Shown here: piece by piece, positions 55,619-64,000 of the stretch
Position numbering within the stretch: the first letter of the stretch is position 1
Layout: the number at the start of each line of letters is the position of its first letter
Origin: an uncultured Desulfobacterales bacterium
GTDB lineage: Bacteria > Desulfobacterota > Desulfobacteria > Desulfobacterales > C00003060
Assembly (NCBI GenBank): GCA_964440795.1
Contig: CAYTTQ010000001.1
Location: forward strand, 18,826 to 82,825
DNA length: 64,000 bases
Reading direction: 5' to 3'
Position numbers and translations under genes: made by a program
The notes under the pieces: model-generated
The model's input: only the letters and a program-made list of their open reading frames with translations
What the model was told of the DNA's origin: nothing
The model's database searches: none

Positions 55619-56878
55619 ATGTCATTTGAACTCCTTGTCAGTCTCAGATATCTCCGAGCGAAACGAAAGCACGGTTTTATCTCCGTCAACACGGTCATAT
55701 CGATAGCCGGTGTGATGCTCGGCGTCATGGCGATGATGGTGGTTCTGGCAGTGATGACCGGCTTTGGAACGGACATTAAATCGAAGATTTTGGGCATGAA
55801 CGCCCATATTAAGATAATGGGCAGGGCAGGCTCAATAACGGGGCACGAAGCGGTATTGAAAAAGATCGAGGCTATCGACCGCGTAATCGCGGCAACGCCT
55901 TTCGTCCACGCTCAAATTATGCTTCGCAGTGGTTCCCGTGCATCCGGTGCCATCCTAAAGGGTGTCGACCCGTTACAAGCAGGCCAGGTGCTCGATTTCA
56001 GAAAATCGACACTTCCAAATGGCCTCAAGGTTCTCGCCGGACAAAGTCCGGCAAAAAACGCCGACCCGGCGCGTTCGGCCCCGAGGGTCATATTGGGCAA
56101 AGAATTGGCCAAGACACTCGGGGTCGACCAGGGAGACGCCCTTTTCGCGGTCTCCGCTTTAGGCACCAGCCTGACCCCTTTTGGGACTCGTGTCCCCCAC
56201 ATGAAGCGACTCACCGTAGTCGGCGTGTTCGATTCCGGCATGTACGACTATGATAGCTCTTTCGCCTTCGTTTCCATCGCTTCCGCCCAAAAGCTGCTGC
56301 GCCTCGATGGGTCATCAGTCCATGGAATCGAAGTGAAGATCGAAGATATTTACAGGGCCGACGAGATTGCCGAGAGCATTTTGACGGAGTTGGGCCCAGG
56401 TTACTGGGCACAAGATTGGATGGAAATGAACAAAAACTTCTTTTCCGCGCTCAAGCTGGAAAAAGTGGTCATGTTCATCATCTTGGTACTGATTGTCTTG
56501 GTCGCCGCCTTCAACATCATCAGCACCCTGATCATGATGGTAATGGAAAAGAGAAAAGATATCGCCATCTTGAAGTCGATGGGCGCTACAGCCAAAAATA
56601 TTATGAAAATATTTATGATGGAAGGTCTCATCATCGGCTTAATAGGCACCCTGTTGGGCCTAATAGGCGGAGGCGTGATTTGTTTCCTGCTTCAACGATA
56701 TGAATTTATCAAATTGCCCAGCGACGTTTATTACATATCCACGCTACCGGTAGAAGTGCAACCCCTTGACGTCATCCTGGTGGCCTTGTCCGCGGTGGTT
56801 GTCAGTTTTTTGGCTACCCTATACCCATCATACCGGGCATCACGTTTAGAGCCGGTTTCGGCGATTCGGTATGAATAA
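55619..56878 (+). CDS. lolC: Lipoprotein-releasing system permease (LolC/LolE family)
   Basis: [17 protein letters not shown]..., MacB-like periplasmic domain and FtsX C-terminus. It is followed by lolD with an 8-nt overlap. Confidence 0.85.
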   Translation: MSFELLVSLRYLRAKRKHGFISVNTVISIAGVMLGVMAMMVVLAVMTGFGTDIKSKILGMNAHIKIMGRAGSITGHEAVLKKIEAIDRVIAATPFVHAQIMLRSGSRASGAILKGVDPLQAGQVLDFRKSTLPNGLKVLAGQSPAKNADPARSAPRVILGKELAKTLGVDQGDALFAVSALGTSLTPFGTRVPHMKRLTVVGVFDSGMYDYDSSFAFVSIASAQKLLRLDGSSVHGIEVKIEDIYRADEIAESILTELGPGYWAQDWMEMNKNFFSALKLEKVVMFIILVLIVLVAAFNIISTLIMMVMEKRKDIAILKSMGATAKNIMKIFMMEGLIIGLIGTLLGLIGGGVICFLLQRYEFIKLPSDVYYISTLPVEVQPLDVILVALSAVVVSFLATLYPSYRASRLEPVSAIRYE

Positions 56879-57566
56879 TAAAGACCCGTTGATACGCGTT
56901 GTTGATCTCTATAAGGCTTTTGATACCAGCGGCAACCGGCTGGATGTATTAAAAGGGGTATCTTTGGAAATCAGGCGGGGCGAAATGGTTGCCATTGTGG
57001 GCGCTTCCGGAGTTGGAAAATCGACTTTGCTGCACATATTGGGAACCCTGGAGAGACCGGACTCAGGGGACGTTATCTGCGAGGGGCATAATGTCTTTGC
57101 ATATAGTGACGATGCGCTGGCATCCTTTCGCAACCAGGCGATCGGCTTTATTTTCCAGTTTCATCATCTGCTTCCGGAATTTGACGCCCTTGAAAACGTT
57201 ATGATGCCTGCTTTAATACGAGGAATGAGTGCCAAAGAAGCAAGACATTTGGCCCAGGCCGTATTGAACAGGGTCGGTCTGGCAAACCGAAGTGATCACA
57301 AGACCGGCGAGCTATCGGGAGGGGAGCAACAGCGGGTGGCTGTAGCCAGGGCCCTGGTATTGAGGCCGGCTATTCTACTCGCAGATGAACCAACGGGCAA
57401 TTTGGACCCCAGAACAAGTGAAACGGTACACGACCTATTGCTTTCCTTGAATCGCGAAGACGGAATAACGGCAATTATTGTCACGCACAACATGAAGTTG
57501 GCGGAAAGACTCTCTCGGCAAATCACTTTGATAGAAGGCAAGGCCGTACCAGTGAATGGACAATAG
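56871..57566 (+). CDS. lolD: Lipoprotein-releasing system ATP-binding protein
   Basis: [26 protein letters not shown] and [11 protein letters not shown]. Confidence 0.9.
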   Translation: MNNKDPLIRVVDLYKAFDTSGNRLDVLKGVSLEIRRGEMVAIVGASGVGKSTLLHILGTLERPDSGDVICEGHNVFAYSDDALASFRNQAIGFIFQFHHLLPEFDALENVMMPALIRGMSAKEARHLAQAVLNRVGLANRSDHKTGELSGGEQQRVAVARALVLRPAILLADEPTGNLDPRTSETVHDLLLSLNREDGITAIIVTHNMKLAERLSRQITLIEGKAVPVNGQ

Positions 57567-57625
57567 GCACCCCCTTGTATTTGGAAATACGAATGGATAC
57601 TAACTCCTTTGGGGTAAGACAAATC

Positions 57626-60259
57626 ATGCATAAACAGTTCTTGGTAACCGTTTTTTTACTCTTGACCGTCGCTTTTCCGGCAGCCGCGCAGGAAGGTCCC
57701 CGCGCCCTTGTTTTGCCTTTTGAGGTCTATTCCCGGGGCGATTTGGCCGCGTTAAAACAACAAATCAGGCAGTTGGTATCTCAGGAACTGGCCGGAAGGG
57801 GTATCTCCATCGCCGAGACGGCGAAGGTGTCGGAAAAAGACCTATCAGGTTTGTCCACTCAGGATTTGCGTAATTTGGGAAGGCGTGCGGCTGCAGATTT
57901 TGTTATATTCGGGAGTTTCACCCAAATCGGACAAGGGTATAGTGTCGATGCCGGGGTATTGAACACATATGGTGACGATCCCCAACAACTTTTTTATGTA
58001 GAGAGTCAAGGCACCGAAAATATTGCAGATTCAATCCGACAGCTGGCCAAAGATATAAGCATGCGAATGCTGAAGCTGGAGCGGGTATCTCAGGTCCTTA
58101 TTTCCGGGAACGATCGAATAGAAACGGACGCCATAAAACGGGGCATCGAAACCGCGAAGGACACGGTCTTTTTGAATGAACAGATCCAAGAGGACATAAA
58201 AGCCGTGTATGCTATGGGGTATTTCGATGATGTCCGAGTCACAGCCACAGACACTCCGGAAGGCAGGCAGGTTACATTCCAAGTAGAAGAGAAGGAAACA
58301 ATCCGTCATATCGGTGTTCGTGGGAATAGGCGGTTTGACGACGAAGAAATCAAAGGATTGCTCGGCACTCGGACCGGCGCTATTGCGAATGTGGCGGCAC
58401 TCCAGCGGGACGTCAGGGAAATCGAAGACTTCTATAAACAAGAAGGGTATCATAATGTACAGGTCGGTTATGAAATAGATGCATTGGCCGAAAATCGGGC
58501 CAATATAGATTTTATCGTTGAAGAAGGCGAAAAAGCCTTTATTCGGCGCATTTCTTTTGCCGGAAACACGGCCTACGAGGATGACACGCTAAAAGACCTG
58601 ATGAAAACAAGTGAAAAGGGGTTTTTCTCCTGGTTGACCTCTTCCGGCGATTTGGACCGTCAAAGACTGGAACAAGATACCGCTAAAATTGCCGCCTTCT
58701 ATCACAACCATGGATACATCCAGGCACGGGTGGCCACTCCTGTTATCACTTACGAGGCGGACTCGATTTTTATCGATATCAAAATAGAAGAAGGACCTCA
58801 GTTCAACATCGGTGCGGTTGACATTGAGGGAGACCTAATTCTCCCGAAGGAAGACCTGCTGGCTACGTTGAAGATCAAGAACGAACAAGTCTACAATCGA
58901 GAAGTGGTCCGTGAAGATATCTTGAGCTTGGCCGATACCTATTCAGATAGTGGATATGCTTACGCAGACATTTCACCCCGCATAGACAAAGACATGGAAA
59001 TCCATCAGGCGGACGTCACATACGTTGTCGACAAGGGGCCGTTGGTTTACTTTGAAAGAATTGTAATTACGGGTAACACCAAAACCCGGGATAAAGTCAT
59101 ACGCCGGCAACTTAAGATATATGAACAGGAACTCTTTAGCGGAAAGCGTTTGAAGCGGGGAACCCGAAATCTTTATCGACTCGATTATTTTGAAGACGTC
59201 AAAGTCAACACAACGCAGGGAAGTGCTGACGACAAAATGGTGGTTAACATCGACGTCACCGAAAAACCTACCGGCGCGTTCAGTTTTGGCGGCGGCTACA
59301 GTAGCGTCGACCAGCTATTTGCGATGGCCTCCATATCACAAAGAAATCTGTTCGGCAGAGGCCAGACTTTGAATTTAAGGGGTCAGGTGGGAGATAGAAC
59401 ATCGACCTACACGTTCAGCTTCACCGAACCTTGGCTGTTTGACATTCCTCTTTCCGCAGGCATCGACCTTTACAATACAAGCACCGACTACGATACATAT
59501 GATAAGGACAGCTTCGGAGGAAGCCTGCGCTTCAGTTATCCCTTTTGGGATTACACGAGGGTCTATTTGTCTTATAATTACGACGATGCCGACATCGAAA
59601 ACCTGACTGCCGAGGCCTCGTCGGCTATCAGGGAATTCGAAGGCGGTAATGTCACACACACACTGTCCACCTCATTGCGGCGGGACACCAGAGATCGGAT
59701 CTTTAACCCGACCGAGGGTTCCAGCAATGCCATATATATTGAACACGCCGGAACGCCTTTTGGCGGTGATGTCGGCTTTACCAAATACACCGCCGATTCT
59801 AAATGGTACATTCCTCTTTTTTGGGATACGGTAGGCGCCGCACGGGGCCGGATCGGATTCATTCACGGAGATACGGTCGGGGCGGTACCGACGTGGGAAC
59901 GATTCTATTTGGGAGGCATGGACTCCGTGCGTGGATATGACTGGCGAGACATCAGTCCCAGAGATCCGAAAACCAACGACGAGATCGGCGGGAACAAGAT
60001 GATGCAATTCAATTTGGAGTTCTTGTTTCCCTTAGTGAAAAAATCGGGCTTACGAGGGGTTCTCTTTGCTGATGCAGGCAACGCTTACGATAACGGCGAA
60101 GAGCTCAGCTTCGGCGACTTGAGGCGGAGTATCGGGTACGGGTTCCGGTGGTATTCTCCTATCGGGCCTATCCGCCTTGAATACGGTTACATAATCGACG
60201 ACAAGGAAGGAAGGAAGGGCGAAGGGGGTTGGGAGTTCTCTATGGGTATGGCATTTTAG
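57626..60259 (+). CDS. bamA: Outer membrane protein assembly factor BamA with an extra N-terminal domain
   Basis: Signal peptide MHKQFLVTVFLLLTVAFPAAAQ, a ~125-aa extra domain, POTRA repeats, and an Omp85 barrel ending ...GGWEFSMGMAF. Confidence 0.9.
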   Translation: MHKQFLVTVFLLLTVAFPAAAQEGPRALVLPFEVYSRGDLAALKQQIRQLVSQELAGRGISIAETAKVSEKDLSGLSTQDLRNLGRRAAADFVIFGSFTQIGQGYSVDAGVLNTYGDDPQQLFYVESQGTENIADSIRQLAKDISMRMLKLERVSQVLISGNDRIETDAIKRGIETAKDTVFLNEQIQEDIKAVYAMGYFDDVRVTATDTPEGRQVTFQVEEKETIRHIGVRGNRRFDDEEIKGLLGTRTGAIANVAALQRDVREIEDFYKQEGYHNVQVGYEIDALAENRANIDFIVEEGEKAFIRRISFAGNTAYEDDTLKDLMKTSEKGFFSWLTSSGDLDRQRLEQDTAKIAAFYHNHGYIQARVATPVITYEADSIFIDIKIEEGPQFNIGAVDIEGDLILPKEDLLATLKIKNEQVYNREVVREDILSLADTYSDSGYAYADISPRIDKDMEIHQADVTYVVDKGPLVYFERIVITGNTKTRDKVIRRQLKIYEQELFSGKRLKRGTRNLYRLDYFEDVKVNTTQGSADDKMVVNIDVTEKPTGAFSFGGGYSSVDQLFAMASISQRNLFGRGQTLNLRGQVGDRTSTYTFSFTEPWLFDIPLSAGIDLYNTSTDYDTYDKDSFGGSLRFSYPFWDYTRVYLSYNYDDADIENLTAEASSAIREFEGGNVTHTLSTSLRRDTRDRIFNPTEGSSNAIYIEHAGTPFGGDVGFTKYTADSKWYIPLFWDTVGAARGRIGFIHGDTVGAVPTWERFYLGGMDSVRGYDWRDISPRDPKTNDEIGGNKMMQFNLEFLFPLVKKSGLRGVLFADAGNAYDNGEELSFGDLRRSIGYGFRWYSPIGPIRLEYGYIIDDKEGRKGEGGWEFSMGMAF

Positions 60260-60364
60260 GAAGCGTTGACTTGGTTGTTGGCAGGTTGCGTAGCATATTT
60301 AGCACCACTGATTGAGGGTTCTTGAAAGGTGATGGCGGCGGGAAAAGACGAATGAGGGGGGTAT

Positions 60365-60901
60365 ATGAAGGTCCCGACAGCTACTTTAAATCTGATCCTC
60401 GTTTTGTTAATGTTGACAGCTCCGGCCTACGCGGTGGATGTAGCAAAGATCGGAGTGGTTGATCTTCAACGAGTCATTGACACCTCAAATGTCGGTAAAC
60501 GCTCGTCTGAAGAAATAAAGCGGGAAGGTCGCCGAATGGAGAAAACGCTTGCGAAGAAGGAAGCGGAGCTGGAAGAATTAAAGGAAACCCTCGACCAAAG
60601 GGCCGTTGTGCTGAGTCAGGAAGCGCTGGAGGAAAAGAAACGGGTGCTTCGAATTAAGACCAATGACTTTAAATCTTTACGAAAGCGGTATTTGGAACGA
60701 CTAAAGGAAATGAACGTCACGCTTTCCAATCGGATTAAAGAAGATGTCTTTGAAATCGTTGAGGATATCGGCAGACGTGGCGGGTATCAACTTGTTTTGG
60801 AACGCCAAATTGGGGGAGTCGTTTATGCCCCAACCGCCATTGACATAACCGACAAAGTGATCGAACAGTATAACGCAATGGAAGCGGACCAAACCGATTA
60901 A
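60365..60901 (+). CDS. skp: OmpH/Skp-family periplasmic chaperone
   Basis: Signal peptide, IGVVDLQRVI, a long charged coiled arm, and position between bamA and lpxD. Confidence 0.85.
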   Translation: MKVPTATLNLILVLLMLTAPAYAVDVAKIGVVDLQRVIDTSNVGKRSSEEIKREGRRMEKTLAKKEAELEELKETLDQRAVVLSQEALEEKKRVLRIKTNDFKSLRKRYLERLKEMNVTLSNRIKEDVFEIVEDIGRRGGYQLVLERQIGGVVYAPTAIDITDKVIEQYNAMEADQTD

Positions 60902-60920
60902 TCGAAGGTCGGCCCTAGCT

Positions 60921-60961
60921 AGTGCCCATCCACGATGGTCTTGCCCCATCGGTAGGGCACT
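60921..60961 (+). terminator. Interrupted hairpin after skp (possible terminator, no U-tract)
   Basis: AGTGCCC...CGATGG-loop-CCATCG...GGGCACT (13 bp in two segments). Confidence 0.3.
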
Positions 60962-60989
60962 GCGTAAGTTTCCAATCCATAAATGAGAA

Positions 60990-61169
60990 TTTTTCCGCAA
61001 GGTCAAGGACTATTCCGCAGGACAGCGGAATAGGATTCCGCCTAACGGCGGAACCCGTAAGGGCGAGGGGGCTTGGGCGCCTCCGAGTCAAATCAAGGAA
61101 TTGCGCGGAGGCGTACCGAGGTACGTCGCACAAGCAATTCCGCAGATTGACGCCGAGATTGCGGAAAAA
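60990..61169. repeat. ~180-bp hairpin-rich element bounded by 11-bp inverted repeats (TTTTTCCGCAA / TTGCGGAAAAA) with multiple TTCCGC/GCGGAA motifs
   Basis: Perfect hairpins ATTCCGC-6-GCGGAAT (61012-31), TTCCGCC-4-GGCGGAA (61036-53) and CGCCTCCG...CGGAGGCG, plus GGAATTGC...GCAATTCC. GCCATTTAT x2 lies at 61171-88. Confidence 0.6.
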
Positions 61170-61238
61170 GGCCATTTATGCCATTTATGGATGGAAACTA
61201 GCAAAACAGGTCCTCCAATCTCTCACTGACGAACGGCA

Positions 61239-62276
61239 ATGGAAGTTACCGTACAACAACTCGCGCAGTTGGTTTCCGGCACGGTTGAGGGAAATGAAAG
61301 TCTCCGTTTAAAAGGGATTTCTGCCTTTGACACCGCCGAACCAGACCAACTAACGTTTGCCAATGCCCCTGATTATCTGAAAAAAATAGATGACACACGG
61401 GCGAGTGCCGTAATTGTGCCTCAAACGGCACCTCGGTCTGAAAAGGTCTTGTTACGGGTCAATGACCCCTATCTGGCCTTGGCGAAAATCTCTGGGTTCT
61501 TTCATGGCGCTCGACGGGTGCCGCCGGGCATTAGCCCCAACGCATATATTGGATCTGATTTTACTTGTGGCAAGGATATATCCGTATTCCCCGGGGTTGT
61601 AGTCGGAAACGGCGTCACCGTGGGTGACAATGTCGTCTTGTACGGTAGTGTCGTCGTCAGCGACGGAGTTCACATCGGAGATGACACGGTTGTTTATCCC
61701 AATGTGTCTATCATGGAAAACTGCCGAATCGGCAAACGGGTCGTTATACATGCGGGGTCGGTAATCGGTAGTGATGGGTTTGGCTTCGCCGGTGACGGAA
61801 ATCATTACCATAAAATACCCCAGGTCGGTATCGTTCAAGTCGATGACGATGTAGAAATCGGCGCCTGCAACGCCATTGACCGAGCCACCTTTGGCCGTAC
61901 TTGGATAAAACGGGGGGTAAAAACGGACAACCTGGTTCATATCGCCCACAATGTGGTGGTCGGAGAAGATACCGTGCTTGTTGCCCAGGTAGGTATTGCG
62001 GGCAGTGTCACGGTGGGACACCATTGCATTCTTGCCGGTCAGGCCGGAGTGGGACAACATCTTAGTATTGGCAATCGGGCAACAATTGGGCCCCAAGCCG
62101 GTATAACCAAATCAGTCCCGGCGGGACAGATCGTGTCGGGAACTCCGGGTATACCCCATCGGCTTTGGCTAAAGGTATCCAACATTATTGCCAAGCTCCC
62201 TGAAATGAAGAAACACCTTAAAACAATGGAAAAGCGAATCGCCGATCTGGAATCTTCTCAAGACCTCAAAAAGTGA
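61239..62276 (+). CDS. lpxD: UDP-3-O-acylglucosamine N-acyltransferase
   Basis: The N-terminus is TVQQLAQLVSGTVEGN. It has left-handed beta-helix hexapeptide repeats and sits in conserved context. Confidence 0.9.
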   Translation: MEVTVQQLAQLVSGTVEGNESLRLKGISAFDTAEPDQLTFANAPDYLKKIDDTRASAVIVPQTAPRSEKVLLRVNDPYLALAKISGFFHGARRVPPGISPNAYIGSDFTCGKDISVFPGVVVGNGVTVGDNVVLYGSVVVSDGVHIGDDTVVYPNVSIMENCRIGKRVVIHAGSVIGSDGFGFAGDGNHYHKIPQVGIVQVDDDVEIGACNAIDRATFGRTWIKRGVKTDNLVHIAHNVVVGEDTVLVAQVGIAGSVTVGHHCILAGQAGVGQHLSIGNRATIGPQAGITKSVPAGQIVSGTPGIPHRLWLKVSNIIAKLPEMKKHLKTMEKRIADLESSQDLKK

Positions 62277-62348
62277 CTCGGACAAGTCCGGAAGGGTTTT
62301 AATGTGGTTATGTTGCAAGATTGACGGCTAACAAACAAAGGTAAACCT

Positions 62349-62795
62349 ATGGAAACCGCGTACGACATTAATGAGATCTTGGAATTTTTGCCCCATCGCT
62401 ATCCGTTTATACTGGTGGATCGAATTACTGAAATCTCGCGGGGAAAACACATCGTCGGGCTGAAGAATGTGACCATTAACGAGCCCTTCTTTCATGGGCA
62501 TTTCCCGCAAATGCCCGTCATGCCCGGCGTTTTGATCATTGAAGCCATGGCACAGGTGGGCGGTGTCCTCGTTTATGACTCCCTGCCCGAAGAGGAGAAA
62601 AAAGGCGTTGTCTACTTCATGGGCGTCGACAAGGCTCGGTTCAGGAAGCCCGTGGTTCCGGGAGATCAACTTGTCATTGATGTCGCCTGGACAAAAAAGC
62701 GGGGCAACGTCTCTAGGATGTCGGGCAAAACCTTTGTAGACGGCGAATTGGTGGCGGAGGCCGAAGTAATGGCCATGATAGGAGAAAAATCGTGA
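62349..62795 (+). CDS. fabZ: 3-hydroxyacyl-ACP dehydratase
   Basis: LPHRYPFILVDRI and FFHGHFPQMPVMPGVLIIEAMAQ. Confidence 0.95.
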   Translation: METAYDINEILEFLPHRYPFILVDRITEISRGKHIVGLKNVTINEPFFHGHFPQMPVMPGVLIIEAMAQVGGVLVYDSLPEEEKKGVVYFMGVDKARFRKPVVPGDQLVIDVAWTKKRGNVSRMSGKTFVDGELVAEAEVMAMIGEKS

Positions 62796-63565
62796 TTCAT
62801 CCCACTGCGATAGTTGACCCGAAGGCGGAAATCGCTTCTGATGTTGAAATTGGCCCGTTTTGCGTTATCGGTAAACGGGTACGAATTGCATCCGGTACAA
62901 CAATAGGGCCGCACGTAACCATTGATCAAGACACCACCGTAGGAGAAAATTGCAAAATCTTTCAGTACGCCTCCGTCGGCGCCGACCCTCAAGCGATTAA
63001 GTATAAAGGCGAAAGGACATCTGCAAAGATCGGCAGCGGCACGACCATTCGCGAGTTTGCTACCGTTCATCGAGGAACTGAATTCGGAGGAGGACAAACA
63101 GAAGTCGGCGAACAGAACTTTCTGATGGCCTATACTCACATTGCCCATGATTGTTTTACCGGTAAGCGGGTTATTTTTGCCAATGCGGCCAGTCTCGGCG
63201 GTCACATTCGGGTTGGAGATTATGCGACACTCGGGGCATTCGTAGCCGTTCACCAATTCGTGCGTATCGGCAATCACGCCTTTATCGGAGCCGTAAGCGG
63301 AATCACAAAAGACATCCCGCCGTATGTTCTGGCGTCGGGTTCACCTCGAGCGGTGTTGCATGGTCTAAACAGTGTGGGGCTCAAGCGTCAGGACTTTGAT
63401 GAAAAAACCATTCGAAATCTGAAAAGAGCCTACCGCATACTTTTTCGCTTAGGATTAACGCTCAACGAGGGCATTGAAAGAGCCATGGCGGAAGTGGAAC
63501 AAATACCGGAGGTGATTAATTTCCTCGAGTTCATAAAGTCTTCGCAACGGGGGGTAACCAGGTAG
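62792..63565 (+). CDS. lpxA: Acyl-ACP--UDP-N-acetylglucosamine O-acyltransferase
   Basis: MIHPTAIVDPKAEI, hexapeptide repeats and a helical C-terminus. The GTG start overlaps the fabZ stop. Confidence 0.9.
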   Translation: MIHPTAIVDPKAEIASDVEIGPFCVIGKRVRIASGTTIGPHVTIDQDTTVGENCKIFQYASVGADPQAIKYKGERTSAKIGSGTTIREFATVHRGTEFGGGQTEVGEQNFLMAYTHIAHDCFTGKRVIFANAASLGGHIRVGDYATLGAFVAVHQFVRIGNHAFIGAVSGITKDIPPYVLASGSPRAVLHGLNSVGLKRQDFDEKTIRNLKRAYRILFRLGLTLNEGIERAMAEVEQIPEVINFLEFIKSSQRGVTR

Positions 63566-63710
63566 CGCTGCACACTCTGTCGCGGGTCAAAAGTGCTTTT
63601 GGCGCTTTGATCCTTGCGTTTTTAACCGGGTGCAAAGCACCGCGCTCGGTTACAAATTATCTATTTCTCTTCCGTCTTTTTGGAGAATCGGACAGAGACA
63701 TCGAACTACC

Positions 63711-64000
63711 ATGAAACGGATTGGGCTTATAGCGGGGAGCGGACAGTTCCCCATTATTTTTTCCAAAATCGCCCGGCAAAACAATCTGGAGGTTTGTGCA
63801 GTTGCACACGTGAACGAAACCGACCCGATTCTCGAAAACCATGTAAATGCCATCAAGTGGGTGAAGCTGGGACAACTCGGTGCTATGATCAAGTTTTTCA
63901 GAAGCTATAACGTAAAAGACGCGGTCATGGCGGGCGCCATTACCAAGACGAACATGTTTTCAAATGCCATGCCGGATTTGAAGGCCTTGAAGGTCTTGGC
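63711..64000 (+). CDS. lpxI: LpxI-family (DUF1009) UDP-2,3-diacylglucosamine hydrolase, 5' partial (runs off the window)
   Basis: My translation from ATG 63711 is MKRIGLIAGSGQFPIIFSKIARQNNLEVCAVAHVNETDP...VMAGAITKT. There is no stop before the window end, so it is absent from the ORF track. Confidence 0.75.
   Translation, partial: MKRIGLIAGSGQFPIIFSKIARQNNLEVCAVAHVNETDPILENHVNAIKWVKLGQLGAMIKFFRSYNVKDAVMAGAITKTNMFSNAMPDLKALKVL

Noticed and set aside
63680-63910. 76-aa ORF on the + strand
   Set aside because: It is an alternative frame inside the clearly LpxI-like ORF that starts at 63711.
1-64000. Search for transposases, integrases, phage genes, toxin-antitoxin pairs, restriction-modification or known defence systems
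   Set aside because: No translated ORF in any frame showed DDE/serine/tyrosine recombinase motifs, capsid or terminase-like sequences, or known defence-system signatures. The only mobile-looking DNA is non-coding (the MITE-like repeats).

Overview
This 64-kb window looks like core chromosome from a Gram-negative anaerobe of the Desulfobacterota (deltaproteobacterial) type. That placement is an inference from gene content: selA, a pilC-pilS pair, HDOD/PAS/GGDEF signalling proteins, an MglA-type GTPase, a PxxKW Cys-rich protein, an H1-like lysine-rich protein, and archaeal-type ProRS and PHI. Coding density is high. I support about 55 CDSs and two adjacent tRNA-Ser genes. Housekeeping genes include uvrB, cysS, polA, relA/spoT, proS, ispG, adk, rplM-rpsI, infA, argC, truA, lysS, rpmB, pabA and a pabB-pabC fusion. 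An envelope cluster runs lolC/E-lolD-bamA-skp-lpxD-fabZ-lpxA-lpxI. I found no CRISPR array, transposase, integrase, prophage or rRNA. The observations most worth a second look are these. (1) A minus-strand operon encodes an MglA-like GTPase without MglB, together with a PATAN/DUF4388-cNMP-binding protein, a membrane Ser/Thr kinase and a TPR/PilZ-like protein. (2) A small membrane ORF ends at an in-frame TGA that is followed by a SECIS-like hairpin, making it a candidate selenoprotein. (3) A MITE-like repeat of about 180 bp has 25-bp terminal inverted repeats and is flanked by TAA. Partial copies abut or supply stop codons, and two copies in inverted orientation bracket a 5.7-kb segment. (4) That segment carries a YehL/YehM-like AAA+ pair and an archaeal-style RuMP module, HPS fused to an RraA-like domain plus PHI. 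(5) A perfect 17-bp x3 tandem repeat lies in the pabA tail. (6) A hairpin-rich TTCCGC-repeat element sits upstream of lpxD. All calls rest on reading the sequence and ORF translations by eye. No database search was run.
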